Of a stretch of DNA of 59,219 nucleotides, positions 45,666-55,228 are shown piece by piece. The notes under the pieces were generated by a model, which worked only from the letters and a program-made list of their open reading frames with translations, was not told the origin of the DNA and searched no databases. How positions within the stretch are numbered: the first letter of the stretch is position 1; each line of letters starts with the position of its first letter. The DNA lies in IMG/VR virus record IMGVR_UViG_3300037465_000542, positions 1 through 59,219 of that record; one strand, written 5' to 3'. The translations under genes were made by a program, and so were the position numbers. This stretch comes from a virus. Taxonomy: Duplodnaviria; Caudoviricetes.

Positions 45666-48458
45666 ATGTCAGTGACCGACGACTTCGACGTCAAGTTTTA
45701 CGATGGTCAGCCAGTCCCTCTCGAAATCCTAGAAACCTTTTTTAAGCAAGGGTTTCTGGACACCTTCGGTGGATGGTTGCGCTTCCTGTACGATTCCGAT
45801 GGTATGTTTGGCAGTTCTGGATTTGGGATCCAGGCGGACGGAAACGATAAAGTTGCTCTGTCTATTAGTGGTAATGCGCCGAAATTCTTTGTTGATGGGT
45901 TCGGCGAGCTTATGCGTCTCCAGTCGTTCGCCGTGGGGACGGACCCCAGGCAGTCGGTGCAGTTTGAGAACGCAGCCGTAACCTACTATCTGGGAGTCGA
46001 GGTCGCCTCTTACCCGGCGGCTCCCGCAACGTCCCAGCCTCTCGACATCAATCTCAATACTCTAAAGCCAGAGTATCGACTCTACAAAAAGACGATTGGG
46101 CGCATGGGCCACCCCACGTCAGTCACGCTCAACGGGGACGGCACCCTTACCCTTAGAATCGATGACATTTTATTGGATCCGACACGCTCACACGCCGGAC
46201 GAAAATGTAAGGTGTGGCTGAAAACGCCGGCCTCTAGCGACTACGCCATCGCCGTTCAGGAGCTAACGGTTGCGTTCTCTGGCGGGCAAAATTCCGTTAC
46301 TACCCCCAACACGGCGGCCAAAGCCTTTGGGCAAGCCTCGCCATCCGCAGTGACCACCGATTACTTCGTTTTGATTGAGGGAATTACCGTCACCAGAGAT
46401 CGAAATCTGTCCACAAGTCGTCGCATTAACCTGACGGGCACGATCACAATCACCGGAACCAACAACGACAATTTGAATGCCGCCGGAGGAGCTCTGCTTA
46501 CGGAGCTCAGGGCAGGAGATAGGATTTCGATTTACGGCAAGGTCAGAACCGTCGTCCGGGTTCTCAGCAATACCGACGCGACGCTCGATCGCCCTGTGGT
46601 GATGGAACCAGAACCAACGAACATCACCACAATTCGTGGAGGCGTTTACTACATCGGGAGCATCACAGGAGCTGGGTCGGGCTCCCCCATCAATCCCGCC
46701 ACCTTCGTGGATGGCCAGAATCTCATCCAGTTCTCCCTGTCAGACTTTGCTAGCGTTCTTCGCAAAGACTCTCATGGAGACACGAAGGTCGAGGTGACGG
46801 CCGATGCCTCTGACTCCAATGAGAGACAAGTGAGCATCAAGGATGCGGCGGGAGTGATTCGCCGAGCTTTCATAGAAAACGGAGCCGACAAATATTTCTC
46901 ATCCGGTACAGATGATTATCACTTACTTGGCGAGCACAGCGTAGGTGGGTCGTCACAGAAGGTTCGATTTTACCTTTACGATGGCGCCGATCTGTTCATT
47001 ACCGTGAACGCAATTTGGGACCAAGCAGCCCTCGCATGGGACCCAGACAATGCTGGCGACCCGGCAATGGGGTTGTCTATCAGCGATCGCGACTTCTACT
47101 TGGTGTCAAAAACGGTCACTGCCGACAATTTCACTTGGGAGGCGTCTTTCAATCTGAGGATCGGAAGTGGAACGTACTGGCAGGTGCAGGCCCTCAAGAA
47201 TGCCATCCCAGGACTGGTCGAGAACCACCCAGTCTTTCACGTAGGTGATGCTGGAGCGGACTTCAACCTCATTGGTCAGTGGGGGAATGACACTGAAGGA
47301 AATGGCGCCATTCGCGCATACATGAAGAAGGTCGGAACGTATAAGGGTCTTACGTTCACGGTCAACGCTAAATACAACGGCACAACTTGGGACAAGGATG
47401 TTAACGGGAATGCCTCGGCAAGATTGCGCCTGACAATCGATGCGACAGGAGAAGTCTCATTTGCCGTAGAGTACGAAAACGGCGGCGCAGATGGTTTTGC
47501 AGAGGGCTCTTGGGCGAATATGCTTACGCTGGACAAGTCCTCAAATGCGACATTTGCCCAAACAGACGTCAAGGCCCCCACGAATCTTTGGGCGACCCTG
47601 TTCCGACCATACGGAAACGCCGACGGATTCCGTGCGTTGTCTCGTGTTGCCAACAACATTGACGGAGCCATTGCTCACAATTTGGAGTCCCTGAATACGC
47701 TGAGCCAAGGCGTAAGCCGCTATCTGAATCTCCCCAATGCAAGCGGGACCCCCCAGGGATGGATGAATCATAAGGGTGGGATGGCGTGCAATGCGACTTA
47801 CTTCCGCGAGGAGTTCATCACGAGCGTTCTAGACACAACCAACGGAGCTTGGAAGTTCAAGGACATCTCAGGGACAGGCGGCACGGTGGAGCGATCTGCC
47901 GTTACTGGCAAGCAAAGAGGGGGGTGGGTTCGCATCGCGACCGACGGTGGCACCAACGACGCGGTCGAGCTTCATCTAAATCATCTGACGTTCGTGGCTT
48001 CGCTCAGGCCGATCGTCCGCGCGCGCGTCAGCGGAGACTCGATTACGATTGAAAACACGATCGTAGAGGTTGGGTTATTTGCGGACGACGGGTCAGAGAA
48101 TATGGGAGAAGATGGCATCTATCTTCGCCTGGACCCGGCCGTGAGTCTAAACTGGTACTTGGTGTGTAATGATTCGAGCGGCGAGACCACAGACTCTACT
48201 GGCATTGCCGGGTCTGCTAGCGGCGGGGCACCGTATCCTGGCTCGAACATGACTTTCGAGCTTGTCGTGGAGGGCACGAACTCGGTGAAGGCATTCCTGA
48301 ATGGCGCGACTTCATCTGGATCAACGGGGGGCGCTGAGGTGACGGCAAATATCCCCACCGGAGAGCTGAAGCTGGGGATACGCACGAAAGAAGTGGTAAC
48401 GTCTGTGGGGAAGAGTGCGTTCGTTGACTTCTTCGAAGTGTGGCAAGATCGAGAGTAG
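45666..48458 (+). CDS. Baseplate-attached tail fibre protein
   Basis: Follows the I-like gene; N-terminal FYDGQPV motif; modular beta-rich body with internal repeats. Confidence 0.7.
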   Translation: MSVTDDFDVKFYDGQPVPLEILETFFKQGFLDTFGGWLRFLYDSDGMFGSSGFGIQADGNDKVALSISGNAPKFFVDGFGELMRLQSFAVGTDPRQSVQFENAAVTYYLGVEVASYPAAPATSQPLDINLNTLKPEYRLYKKTIGRMGHPTSVTLNGDGTLTLRIDDILLDPTRSHAGRKCKVWLKTPASSDYAIAVQELTVAFSGGQNSVTTPNTAAKAFGQASPSAVTTDYFVLIEGITVTRDRNLSTSRRINLTGTITITGTNNDNLNAAGGALLTELRAGDRISIYGKVRTVVRVLSNTDATLDRPVVMEPEPTNITTIRGGVYYIGSITGAGSGSPINPATFVDGQNLIQFSLSDFASVLRKDSHGDTKVEVTADASDSNERQVSIKDAAGVIRRAFIENGADKYFSSGTDDYHLLGEHSVGGSSQKVRFYLYDGADLFITVNAIWDQAALAWDPDNAGDPAMGLSISDRDFYLVSKTVTADNFTWEASFNLRIGSGTYWQVQALKNAIPGLVENHPVFHVGDAGADFNLIGQWGNDTEGNGAIRAYMKKVGTYKGLTFTVNAKYNGTTWDKDVNGNASARLRLTIDATGEVSFAVEYENGGADGFAEGSWANMLTLDKSSNATFAQTDVKAPTNLWATLFRPYGNADGFRALSRVANNIDGAIAHNLESLNTLSQGVSRYLNLPNASGTPQGWMNHKGGMACNATYFREEFITSVLDTTNGAWKFKDISGTGGTVERSAVTGKQRGGWVRIATDGGTNDAVELHLNHLTFVASLRPIVRARVSGDSITIENTIVEVGLFADDGSENMGEDGIYLRLDPAVSLNWYLVCNDSSGETTDSTGIAGSASGGAPYPGSNMTFELVVEGTNSVKAFLNGATSSGSTGGAEVTANIPTGELKLGIRTKEVVTSVGKSAFVDFFEVWQDRE

Positions 48459-48474
48459 AAACGGAGGATCTTGA

Positions 48475-48819
48475 ATGGAGTTCAAACTCGAGTACGAATG
48501 GGCCTTGCTGGGCGCCACGATCTTTGGCGTCTTCTTTGGATTGCGCCGAGCCCTACCCTCTCGAATTCGAGAGCACTCGGCTGTCAAGATCTTTCTTCGG
48601 CTGGCACCGCTTGTGGCGGCAAGTGTCGCCGGGGTCGTCTTGTGGGGGACGCCCGAGCGGGGCATGTTTCGCGCTGGGTTGTATGGGGTCTCTGCCGGGC
48701 TGATGTCTCGTGGGCTTTGGGAGGGGCTGAAGGCTGCCGTCAGGAGTCTACCGAATTTGATCCCCGGAGCAGTCGCTAGGGCCTTGGGCCTTGCGGCCCC
48801 TCGGGAGCCCAGGGTGTAG
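48475..48819 (+). CDS. Putative holin
   Basis: 114 aa with ~3 hydrophobic segments; LAPLVAASVAG..GVSAGLMSRGLW; end of the virion operon. Confidence 0.65.
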   Translation: MEFKLEYEWALLGATIFGVFFGLRRALPSRIREHSAVKIFLRLAPLVAASVAGVVLWGTPERGMFRAGLYGVSAGLMSRGLWEGLKAAVRSLPNLIPGAVARALGLAAPREPRV

Positions 48820-48999
48820 ATGAGGCGATTGGGGAGGATTCTCACCTACGTCACGATGGGGGCGGGGGTGATGGGCCTCGCGGGGGCCGTGGCCGGGCTG
48901 GCCCCCTCGTGGGCGGGCTCTTTGGGGGTTGCCGTTGTCCTCCTTGGGGTGGTGTGCCTCTTGGGCGAAGAAGGTCCGTGGGACGACGGTGGGGCCTAG
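48820..48999 (+). CDS. 59-aa two-TM membrane protein (missed by the ORF track)
   Basis: MRRLGRILTYVTMGAGVMGLAGAVAGLAPSWAGSLGVAVVLLGVVCLLGEEGPWDDGGA; ATG directly follows the holin stop. Confidence 0.55.
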   Translation: MRRLGRILTYVTMGAGVMGLAGAVAGLAPSWAGSLGVAVVLLGVVCLLGEEGPWDDGGA

Positions 49000-49005
49000 T
49001 GGCAA

Positions 49006-49794
49006 CTATCCCAGCATCTGTCTGGAGCAGAACCAAAAATCGTCGCTCCATTTTCCAGACAGCACGAACTCGTAAGGAGCCCAGAAGTACCCGTTGTCTC
49101 CCCAGTCCCCGCCCCAGGAGTTTCGAACCTCAAAGAGCCTTTTGCTCCGATCGTAACCGACGATGAGGACTGCGTGCCCTCCATCATAGCGAGTTGACTG
49201 CGTAGGCATCCGCATGATGCCCTTTTTGCCAACTGCTTCAACAAAGTCGTCCGGGACGCTGAACCCAAACTCGACGTTATACCCCTTCACGACGCACCCC
49301 TCGATGGCAGCTGCCGACGGGGGCCCATTCGCGTCTAGCCTGTAGTACGCAAGAATCTTGCGTCGCTTTGCCAGGGCCTTGGCCTTGGTGCCCGGCTCAT
49401 CATCGAAGAGGTGCTCGATGTACGGCCAGTCCTCCTCCGCACACGTTCCGTACTTTGCAAGAGCCTTGAAGGCATCTCGGATTTGAGAGCCAGAGTCTTC
49501 TGAGACGGGATAGCCACCAATCTTTCGGGCATAGTAATAGACGAAGAGCCTAGACAGATCCACAAACTTGGCCGCCCCCTTCTCGAGTCTCTCCTTCAGG
49601 AGGAGAGACTCGAGAGCCCCCACTGCCGCGTTGGCTACGCAACTTCCGATGCCCCCCTGGTTTTCAACCGGGGAGCAAATCTTTCGGTTGGAGTGAGCCG
49701 GTGGCGTCCTGGCGACCCAGTTTTTTGGAGGAGCAAAACTTCTATCCCTGGGGTCAGGGCGACCACGCCGCCAGCCGTAGAGCGCAGGGGTCAT
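49006..49794 (-). CDS. Papain-family (C1A, xylellain-like) cysteine protease
   Basis: NQGGIGSCVANA (Q, C), LSRLFVYY, GGHAVLIVGYD (H), RNSWGGDWGDNGYF (N). Start set at ATG 49794 (ATGA overlap). Confidence 0.93.
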   Translation of the reverse strand: MTPALYGWRRGRPDPRDRSFAPPKNWVARTPPAHSNRKICSPVENQGGIGSCVANAAVGALESLLLKERLEKGAAKFVDLSRLFVYYYARKIGGYPVSEDSGSQIRDAFKALAKYGTCAEEDWPYIEHLFDDEPGTKAKALAKRRKILAYYRLDANGPPSAAAIEGCVVKGYNVEFGFSVPDDFVEAVGKKGIMRMPTQSTRYDGGHAVLIVGYDRSKRLFEVRNSWGGDWGDNGYFWAPYEFVLSGKWSDDFWFCSRQMLG

Positions 49795-50123
49795 TGCCTG
49801 GTGGGGAAGTTGGCCTTGGCTCGCTTCACCCCTCCGCTTAGGTGACCGGCAACGTTCCGCTCGATCCAACTGAGGATCCCAAGGGAATCGATCTTCCCTG
49901 AGACCCATGCGTTGCATTGATTCTTCACGATGTCGCTGTCACAGATGGCCTCGCAGACAGACCTACCCAGGCTCATTGCCCCGCCGACAGCCCCAGCGTC
50001 AGGCGATGCAGTTGGGATGAACCCGCAAGCGATCTTGCAAGCTCCGGAACAAGCGGACCTCACACATCCTGCGGGAAGGACCGCAAGAGAGAAGATGACC
50101 ATGACTAGACCAAACAACCTCAT
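49791..50123 (-). CDS. Cys-rich lipoprotein
   Basis: Signal MRLFGLVMVIFSLAVLPAG-C; CxxxCxxxC and CxxxC; SD AAGGAG. Confidence 0.7.
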   Translation of the reverse strand: MRLFGLVMVIFSLAVLPAGCVRSACSGACKIACGFIPTASPDAGAVGGAMSLGRSVCEAICDSDIVKNQCNAWVSGKIDSLGILSWIERNVAGHLSGGVKRAKANFPTRQ

Positions 50124-50166
50124 GATTCGCTCCTTGTTTCGACAGTTATGGGGCTTGACCTTAGGC

Positions 50167-50730
50167 TCAGCCATCTTTTGCCCCCTTGAGCTGTTGCAGC
50201 AATCTAACATGAAGCGCGACGACTTCGTCGTGTTCTTCTAACAATCGAGTCGCCACGCCTTCATTCACGCTCGACTCGACGACCATACTCGCGAGTCGAC
50301 CTGACTCGTTCGAAAGCCCCCGAAGGATGACCGACAGATCTTCTATGGTCAGATTGAATGGGGTCAGAACTTGCTTGATTTGCTCTTGTCGTCCTGACTC
50401 CACTTTCTTCTGCACCTCAGAAGCTGCTTGCCAAGCCTCCTCCGCGATTTTCATCGCCTCCTCTTTTGTGCCGGCAAAGAGGACGGTCTCTAACCTTGGG
50501 TACTCGGTAAGCAACTTTTTGTATCCGACCTCGTCCACCGAGATGACGAAGGGGCTTTGCTGTGGGGTCGTGATCGCCCTCACGATGGCAGTGGCGGTTG
50601 ATATTGGGCCCTCGTCGGCGGTGTCAGACGACATCCTGTCCTGGACGTAAGTTTGCAAACCACGGATGAGGCGTGGGAGCTCGGGGCGCCCAAGGGAAGT
50701 AGCGTAAACCGCCAAGAAGATTTTTGTCAT
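50167..50730 (-). CDS. Hypothetical protein with coiled-coil C-terminus
   Basis: Packed ORF between endolysin and lipoprotein. Confidence 0.6.
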   Translation of the reverse strand: MTKIFLAVYATSLGRPELPRLIRGLQTYVQDRMSSDTADEGPISTATAIVRAITTPQQSPFVISVDEVGYKKLLTEYPRLETVLFAGTKEEAMKIAEEAWQAASEVQKKVESGRQEQIKQVLTPFNLTIEDLSVILRGLSNESGRLASMVVESSVNEGVATRLLEEHDEVVALHVRLLQQLKGAKDG

Positions 50731-50734
50731 CTGC

Positions 50735-51547
50735 CTAACCCTTAAACGAGATGGTGGCGGCAGGACGTCCGAAGGCCAAGAGGCGTTTGTCTCCTAGGCG
50801 GTAGGTCCGTCTCTCGACGCTATGAGGGGCATTGCCCTCAACTGTCGTCACGATGACGCTCCCGTCCGTTTTGACGGAGAGATCTGTGACGAGCGCTATG
50901 TGATCTGGGTCTGGATCTTTGTCAAGCTCGAAGAAGACAAGGTCCCCGGGCTTGGGGCCGAGATTGAGATCCGCCAAACAATCCTTGGCATAGAAGATCA
51001 CGCCCGCCGCTGCACAGGCACGCATGACTGATGGGACGGAGGCTCCTCCCTTGCCCTTGAAGACACTACGGACGGTGTGGGCCTTGAACTCAGAAGGCGA
51101 AAGCCAATCGCACAGCCAGCGAGTCCCCTTGCTGGCCCGGTGGACCACCCAAGAAACAAAGATGCTGCACCAAGCAACTCCGTTCCATCCAAACCAAGCC
51201 CCATATTTTTGGATGTTTGAGCCGACAGGGGTTTCTTTCGTGCCCACCTCTCCCTGAGCGACGAGGGCAATGGCGTCGCCGAGATCCAGATCGTCATCCG
51301 GGACCGTCGCGTTGCTGGGGTGGAGAGTTTCGTGCATGACGTGCAAGGATGCCATCGTCTTGGGGCCAACGATCCCATCGGCCTCAAGGCCATTGGCGTC
51401 TTGGAATGCAAGCACAGCGTCGTACGTCTTGTGACCGAAGATCCCGTCGATCTCGCCTTCGTACAGGCGCAGGTCCGAAAGAACCTGCTGGACGAAATGA
51501 ACTTGCTCGCCCCTCATTCGGGGGCTTGTCAACATGAGATACATCAC
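50735..51547 (-). CDS. Modular endolysin: PG-binding domain plus CHAP domain
   Basis: IDGIFGHKT..AVLAFQ..GLEADGIVGPKT; AWCSIFVSW, PGDLVFF, DHIALV, VEGN. Confidence 0.92.
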   Translation of the reverse strand: MMYLMLTSPRMRGEQVHFVQQVLSDLRLYEGEIDGIFGHKTYDAVLAFQDANGLEADGIVGPKTMASLHVMHETLHPSNATVPDDDLDLGDAIALVAQGEVGTKETPVGSNIQKYGAWFGWNGVAWCSIFVSWVVHRASKGTRWLCDWLSPSEFKAHTVRSVFKGKGGASVPSVMRACAAAGVIFYAKDCLADLNLGPKPGDLVFFELDKDPDPDHIALVTDLSVKTDGSVIVTTVEGNAPHSVERRTYRLGDKRLLAFGRPAATISFKG

Positions 51548-51840
51548 GCAACCCTCTTGACGACAGAGATCTTCTCGAGCGTGTTGAAGGCGTAATACAT
51601 ATACCTGTCCCCATCAAGCACGATAGAGTATGGCCACCGGAGGGCCAATTTGCCCTTCCCGATCTCTATCGGGAAGAGCTTTTCGTTGATTTCGGTCACG
51701 ACCCCCTCGACCTCATGCCCCCCGACCATTGTGATTTTGACCGTCTGGCCAATCAGGGGCGAGAGATCGGTGTGCCACAAGGGCTCACTCAGATTTGGAT
51801 TCGGCTCTCGGACTACATTCAATGCTTCGATGTCATTCAT
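51544..51840 (-). CDS. Small beta-barrel protein, Sm/LSm-like pattern
   Basis: LSPLIGQTVKITMVGGHEVEGVVTEI resembles the Sm1 motif. Confidence 0.4.
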   Translation of the reverse strand: MNDIEALNVVREPNPNLSEPLWHTDLSPLIGQTVKITMVGGHEVEGVVTEINEKLFPIEIGKGKLALRWPYSIVLDGDRYMYYAFNTLEKISVVKRVA

Positions 51841-52436
51841 GGGTTCGTCCCTTCTTTCTCGGAGATCAATTCTACTACAGATGCGATGTCCCTTAGGAAC
51901 AGATCATAATGCTCTGGCTTGTTTTCCCGTGCAAGGAAGGATGGGTGGAAAGTCGCGATGGCTGGTGTCTTGTGGATCTGTCCCCTCCAGGTCCATTCGA
52001 TGTGTCCGGGCCGGCCTCTCATTTGGGTGATCCCGTCCGAGGTCCCCCACATGACAACGGTGGCAGAAGTCCCCAGCGTGACGACGACCTTCGGTTGAAC
52101 GAAACGGATGATCCCGTCGAGATGGGGGCGGCAGCTTTCAACCTCTGGGGGCATTGGCACTCGGTTGCTTGGAGGGCGACAGCAAAGAAGGTTGGCGAAG
52201 TAGCAGCGGTCGATGGAGAGCCCAGCTCGCTCTAGTTGGGCCCGCAGCAAGCGCCCGGCCCTTCCGACGAAAGGTTGTCCTGTCTCGTCCTCCTCCCTGC
52301 CAGGAGCTTCCCCGATGAGAAGGACGTCCGCCGGGGACGGGCCTGCGCCAAAGACAACTGAGGTCCTGCGTTCATGTAGAGCGCAGCGTTGGCAATTCGC
52401 CCAGGCGTCACGGAGGACTTTGAGCGGCTCGTTCAT
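51837..52436 (-). CDS. Uracil-DNA glycosylase, family 4
   Basis: CQRCALH, GEAPGREED..PFVGRAG, CRPPSNR.P..E...C, TFHPS. Confidence 0.95.
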   Translation of the reverse strand: MNEPLKVLRDAWANCQRCALHERRTSVVFGAGPSPADVLLIGEAPGREEDETGQPFVGRAGRLLRAQLERAGLSIDRCYFANLLCCRPPSNRVPMPPEVESCRPHLDGIIRFVQPKVVVTLGTSATVVMWGTSDGITQMRGRPGHIEWTWRGQIHKTPAIATFHPSFLARENKPEHYDLFLRDIASVVELISEKEGTNP

Positions 52437-52768
52437 GCGTCTTGTTGTAATGACTCGGCTCGTTCTTTCTCACTGGCCTTCAAGACGGTGATCTTTAGCC
52501 TGATTCGGTCCCCAAAGTTTGCGGACAGTAGGTTGTGGATCATTTCATGGATCTGCCCAATTCGCTTTCCGCCGCGGCCAAGGATCCGGCCGACTTTGTC
52601 GTCTGGTACAACTACCTCGAATTCGAGTCTCGTTGGTTCTGACCTAGGGAGGAGCCTTGTGTGTACTGCTGTGTCGCCGACCGCAGAGACGCAAATGTGG
52701 TCGAGTGCCTTCCGTACCCATCTGACCTTCTCCTCGTAGGACACGATCTCTGTTCCGTCATTTTTCAT
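52433..52768 (-). CDS. KhpA-like single KH-domain RNA-binding protein
   Basis: FEVVVPDDKVGRILGRGGKRIGQIHEMI with an intact GxxG loop; KhpA-like size and layout. Confidence 0.8.
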   Translation of the reverse strand: MKNDGTEIVSYEEKVRWVRKALDHICVSAVGDTAVHTRLLPRSEPTRLEFEVVVPDDKVGRILGRGGKRIGQIHEMIHNLLSANFGDRIRLKITVLKASEKERAESLQQDA

Positions 52769-53369
52769 TTTTTTGCCTTCTCGTGGCTCTCCAGGATTTG
52801 AAAATCTCGTCATCCCAGCAAGTTAGTATAGCAGCCAGAGCGTCGAAAGGATGTCCTCTCTTTTCCCCCTCAGGAATTTGGCAGACTAAAGAGTCGAGCT
52901 TGGCTGCCTGGCTAGGCAGGAACCTACGGACACCGTCCTCGATCTCCGTCTTTGATGCAGAGATCTTCCCGCCAGTTGCCTTCTTTATAGCCTGTGGTGT
53001 TGCGCAAGTAAAGGTGCAGTCTAGATGGGCCACAAAATCCAGAATGACACCAAACGAAATCCCCATTAGCATGCTCGAGACGGCATTACGAACAGGAGAA
53101 AGACTCTCGGTGACTACAATCCCGACGGTGCCCCCGTCGATCTCTCTCTGGATGAATCTGGAGAGCTCTTGGCCCCGTCTGGCCCAGTCTGAGGAAGCCA
53201 GGAGCTTCAGTTTTTTGTCTGTTGGCTTTGATTCGAAAAGAGAGAGCCGAATGATGCGGAGGGCATCGTCTGGCCTTGCGCCCCTGTGCGCACCGTTTTC
53301 GTCTAGCTCCGCAATGCACATACCGAAGCTGGCAAGGCCTGGATCGAAACCGACGATGAGGCTCATCAC
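52758..53369 (-). CDS. ruvC: RuvC-like Holliday junction resolvase
   Basis: IVGFDPGLASFG, VVTES, TPQAIKKATGG..ASKTEI, HPFDALAA. Confidence 0.88.
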   Translation of the reverse strand: MMSLIVGFDPGLASFGMCIAELDENGAHRGARPDDALRIIRLSLFESKPTDKKLKLLASSDWARRGQELSRFIQREIDGGTVGIVVTESLSPVRNAVSSMLMGISFGVILDFVAHLDCTFTCATPQAIKKATGGKISASKTEIEDGVRRFLPSQAAKLDSLVCQIPEGEKRGHPFDALAAILTCWDDEIFKSWRATRRQKNEK

Positions 53370-55210
53370 ACCCCCCGATCGTGAACCGTGGCCACGCCGC
53401 CCTTCAGAACGATGTCGATCTGTCCATCGAACACCTCTTGAATTCCAGAATCGTGAGAGACGGCGAGGACCGTCCCCCTTCGACCTCGAAGATCTCTAAG
53501 TAGAGATGCCATTCTAGTTTTGCCCACATCATCGACCCCATCCAACATTTCATCGATGGCAACGAAGTCGATTGGTACGCCACCACCAATAGAGGTCATG
53601 TCCAGAAAAGAGAGGTTGGTGGAGATATCCAGCATTTTGGATTGAGCTTTGGAGAAGGTGGCCCGTTTCCCTCCAACGAATTTACGGACAGAGATCTCAT
53701 CGACTAGCGCCTTGTCTCCGGAAACAACCTTCCGTTTCAGCTCCCGCTGCGAACGAAATTCGACACGAAGGTATCCATCCGAGAGAATGGACAGAAAGTG
53801 GTTTGTCCTAATGGTAAGGAGTGGCAGGAACTCTCTAACGAGAGCTATTGGTATGCCAGTGTTTCCGAATCCCTCCACCCAGAACTTCCAGGTTTCGAGT
53901 TCGGCCATCGTCTCGGACATGAGACGTTCGGCCTCTAATTTGGCCGTATGGAGATCGGACTTTCGCTTTTGTGCCTCTGCAAGTTGTCTTTCTACGTCCT
54001 CGAGTTGCATCTGTAAGGCTGCAAGTCTCGCCTCCTTCGAGACTACCTTGTCCATGGCGTCTTTGGCCTCCCGAAGTTTCTTGCGCCAGGACGAAAGGGG
54101 CTCGATCCGCTTCGTGGCCTCTGTCTCTTTGGCCAGGAGGTCCTGTCGCTGCTTCACAAGAGTCTCTATAGAGGCCATGAGATCCGGGAGCCCGGCTTCG
54201 AGCGCCCCCGCCTTCGCTCGTAGGGCGGCGAGATGAGCCATGACCGTTCTCGCGGTAGTTGCCGTTCCACACGTCGGACAGGCGCCATCTTTCTCGAAGC
54301 GACTCAGCTCTGCAAATTTCTCTTCGAGGGCCAGTCGGACGTTGGCGGCCTCCATCTCTGCCAAGGAGAGGTCCTTTCGGGTGGCCGCGAGACGACTACG
54401 GATCTCTGGCAGAAGCTCGGTCTGGATCCTTTCTGCGGTAGCCACAATATCTTCGTACGACCGAATAACCTTATGCAGTTCCTCTGCCTCTTCGGAGGCC
54501 CCTGCGATTTCATTCATTGAGGCCAAAAGAGAGGCCCGTCGAGTCTCCATGGCGTCTAAGGAGGGCACCTCTGCAAGTTGCGCATTGGTAACTTGAAGCC
54601 GAACGAGGAGAGCATCAAAAGCGCGCTCGACGCTCCTCTTTTTCTCTGCAGCAAACGCCTTGGCCCTGTCGAAACGTTCGAGGCGATGAAGCCGTCGGAG
54701 TAGGAGTTGTCGATCTGCGTTCTTTGCGCGCAGGCTTGAGAATGACTCCTTTGCTGACGATCCATACAGAACAGTATTGCAGTAACCGTGAAGGTCTCTT
54801 CCTAGCAGTTCTCGCAAGAGAACTTGTCCGTCCTCGACCCCGTAGTTTATCTTTTTCCCACCACGATAGACGTCAAGGCCAGTTGTACCACGACCCCCCT
54901 TCGTCTCGTACATTCGCGAGACTTCCCATTCCTCGTTGGCAATCGTGTCCAGAATACTCACGCGCCCATGCACTCGAGGCGCTTCGTGCCGGAGGATCTC
55001 GTCGCTTCCCGTCTCGTCTGAAGTTGTACCGAATAATACCCATGTGGGAATATTGAGGAAGTTAGACTTGCCAGCCCCGTTGCTTGATGCGCAGGCGGCA
55101 TCCTCATTGATGCCATGGACACAAAGCAAGCCCCGGTCGAGCAACGAGACTTCGCCGGTATCAACAAACTGAGCGAAGTTCGTTGCTTGCATGTTACGTA
55201 ATTTCAGCAA
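53366..55210 (-). CDS. SbcC/Rad50 (gp46-like) ATPase
   Basis: SSNGAGKS, zinc hook CPTCG between coiled coils, Walker B FVAIDE.LDGVD, VSHD. Confidence 0.92.
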   Translation of the reverse strand: MLKLRNMQATNFAQFVDTGEVSLLDRGLLCVHGINEDAACASSNGAGKSNFLNIPTWVLFGTTSDETGSDEILRHEAPRVHGRVSILDTIANEEWEVSRMYETKGGRGTTGLDVYRGGKKINYGVEDGQVLLRELLGRDLHGYCNTVLYGSSAKESFSSLRAKNADRQLLLRRLHRLERFDRAKAFAAEKKRSVERAFDALLVRLQVTNAQLAEVPSLDAMETRRASLLASMNEIAGASEEAEELHKVIRSYEDIVATAERIQTELLPEIRSRLAATRKDLSLAEMEAANVRLALEEKFAELSRFEKDGACPTCGTATTARTVMAHLAALRAKAGALEAGLPDLMASIETLVKQRQDLLAKETEATKRIEPLSSWRKKLREAKDAMDKVVSKEARLAALQMQLEDVERQLAEAQKRKSDLHTAKLEAERLMSETMAELETWKFWVEGFGNTGIPIALVREFLPLLTIRTNHFLSILSDGYLRVEFRSQRELKRKVVSGDKALVDEISVRKFVGGKRATFSKAQSKMLDISTNLSFLDMTSIGGGVPIDFVAIDEMLDGVDDVGKTRMASLLRDLRGRRGTVLAVSHDSGIQEVFDGQIDIVLKGGVATVHDRGV

Positions 55211-55228
55211 GGGACTTGTCCCTCCTCC

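Noticed and set aside
30381-48458. Diversity-generating retroelement or invertible fibre cassette
   Set aside because: No reverse transcriptase, invertase, or template/variable repeat pair differing at adenines was seen; the repeats are in-frame coding duplications.
17834-48458. Extracellular contractile injection system or tailocin
   Set aside because: The tail genes resemble CIS components, but terminase, portal, protease and capsid are present, so this is a complete phage.
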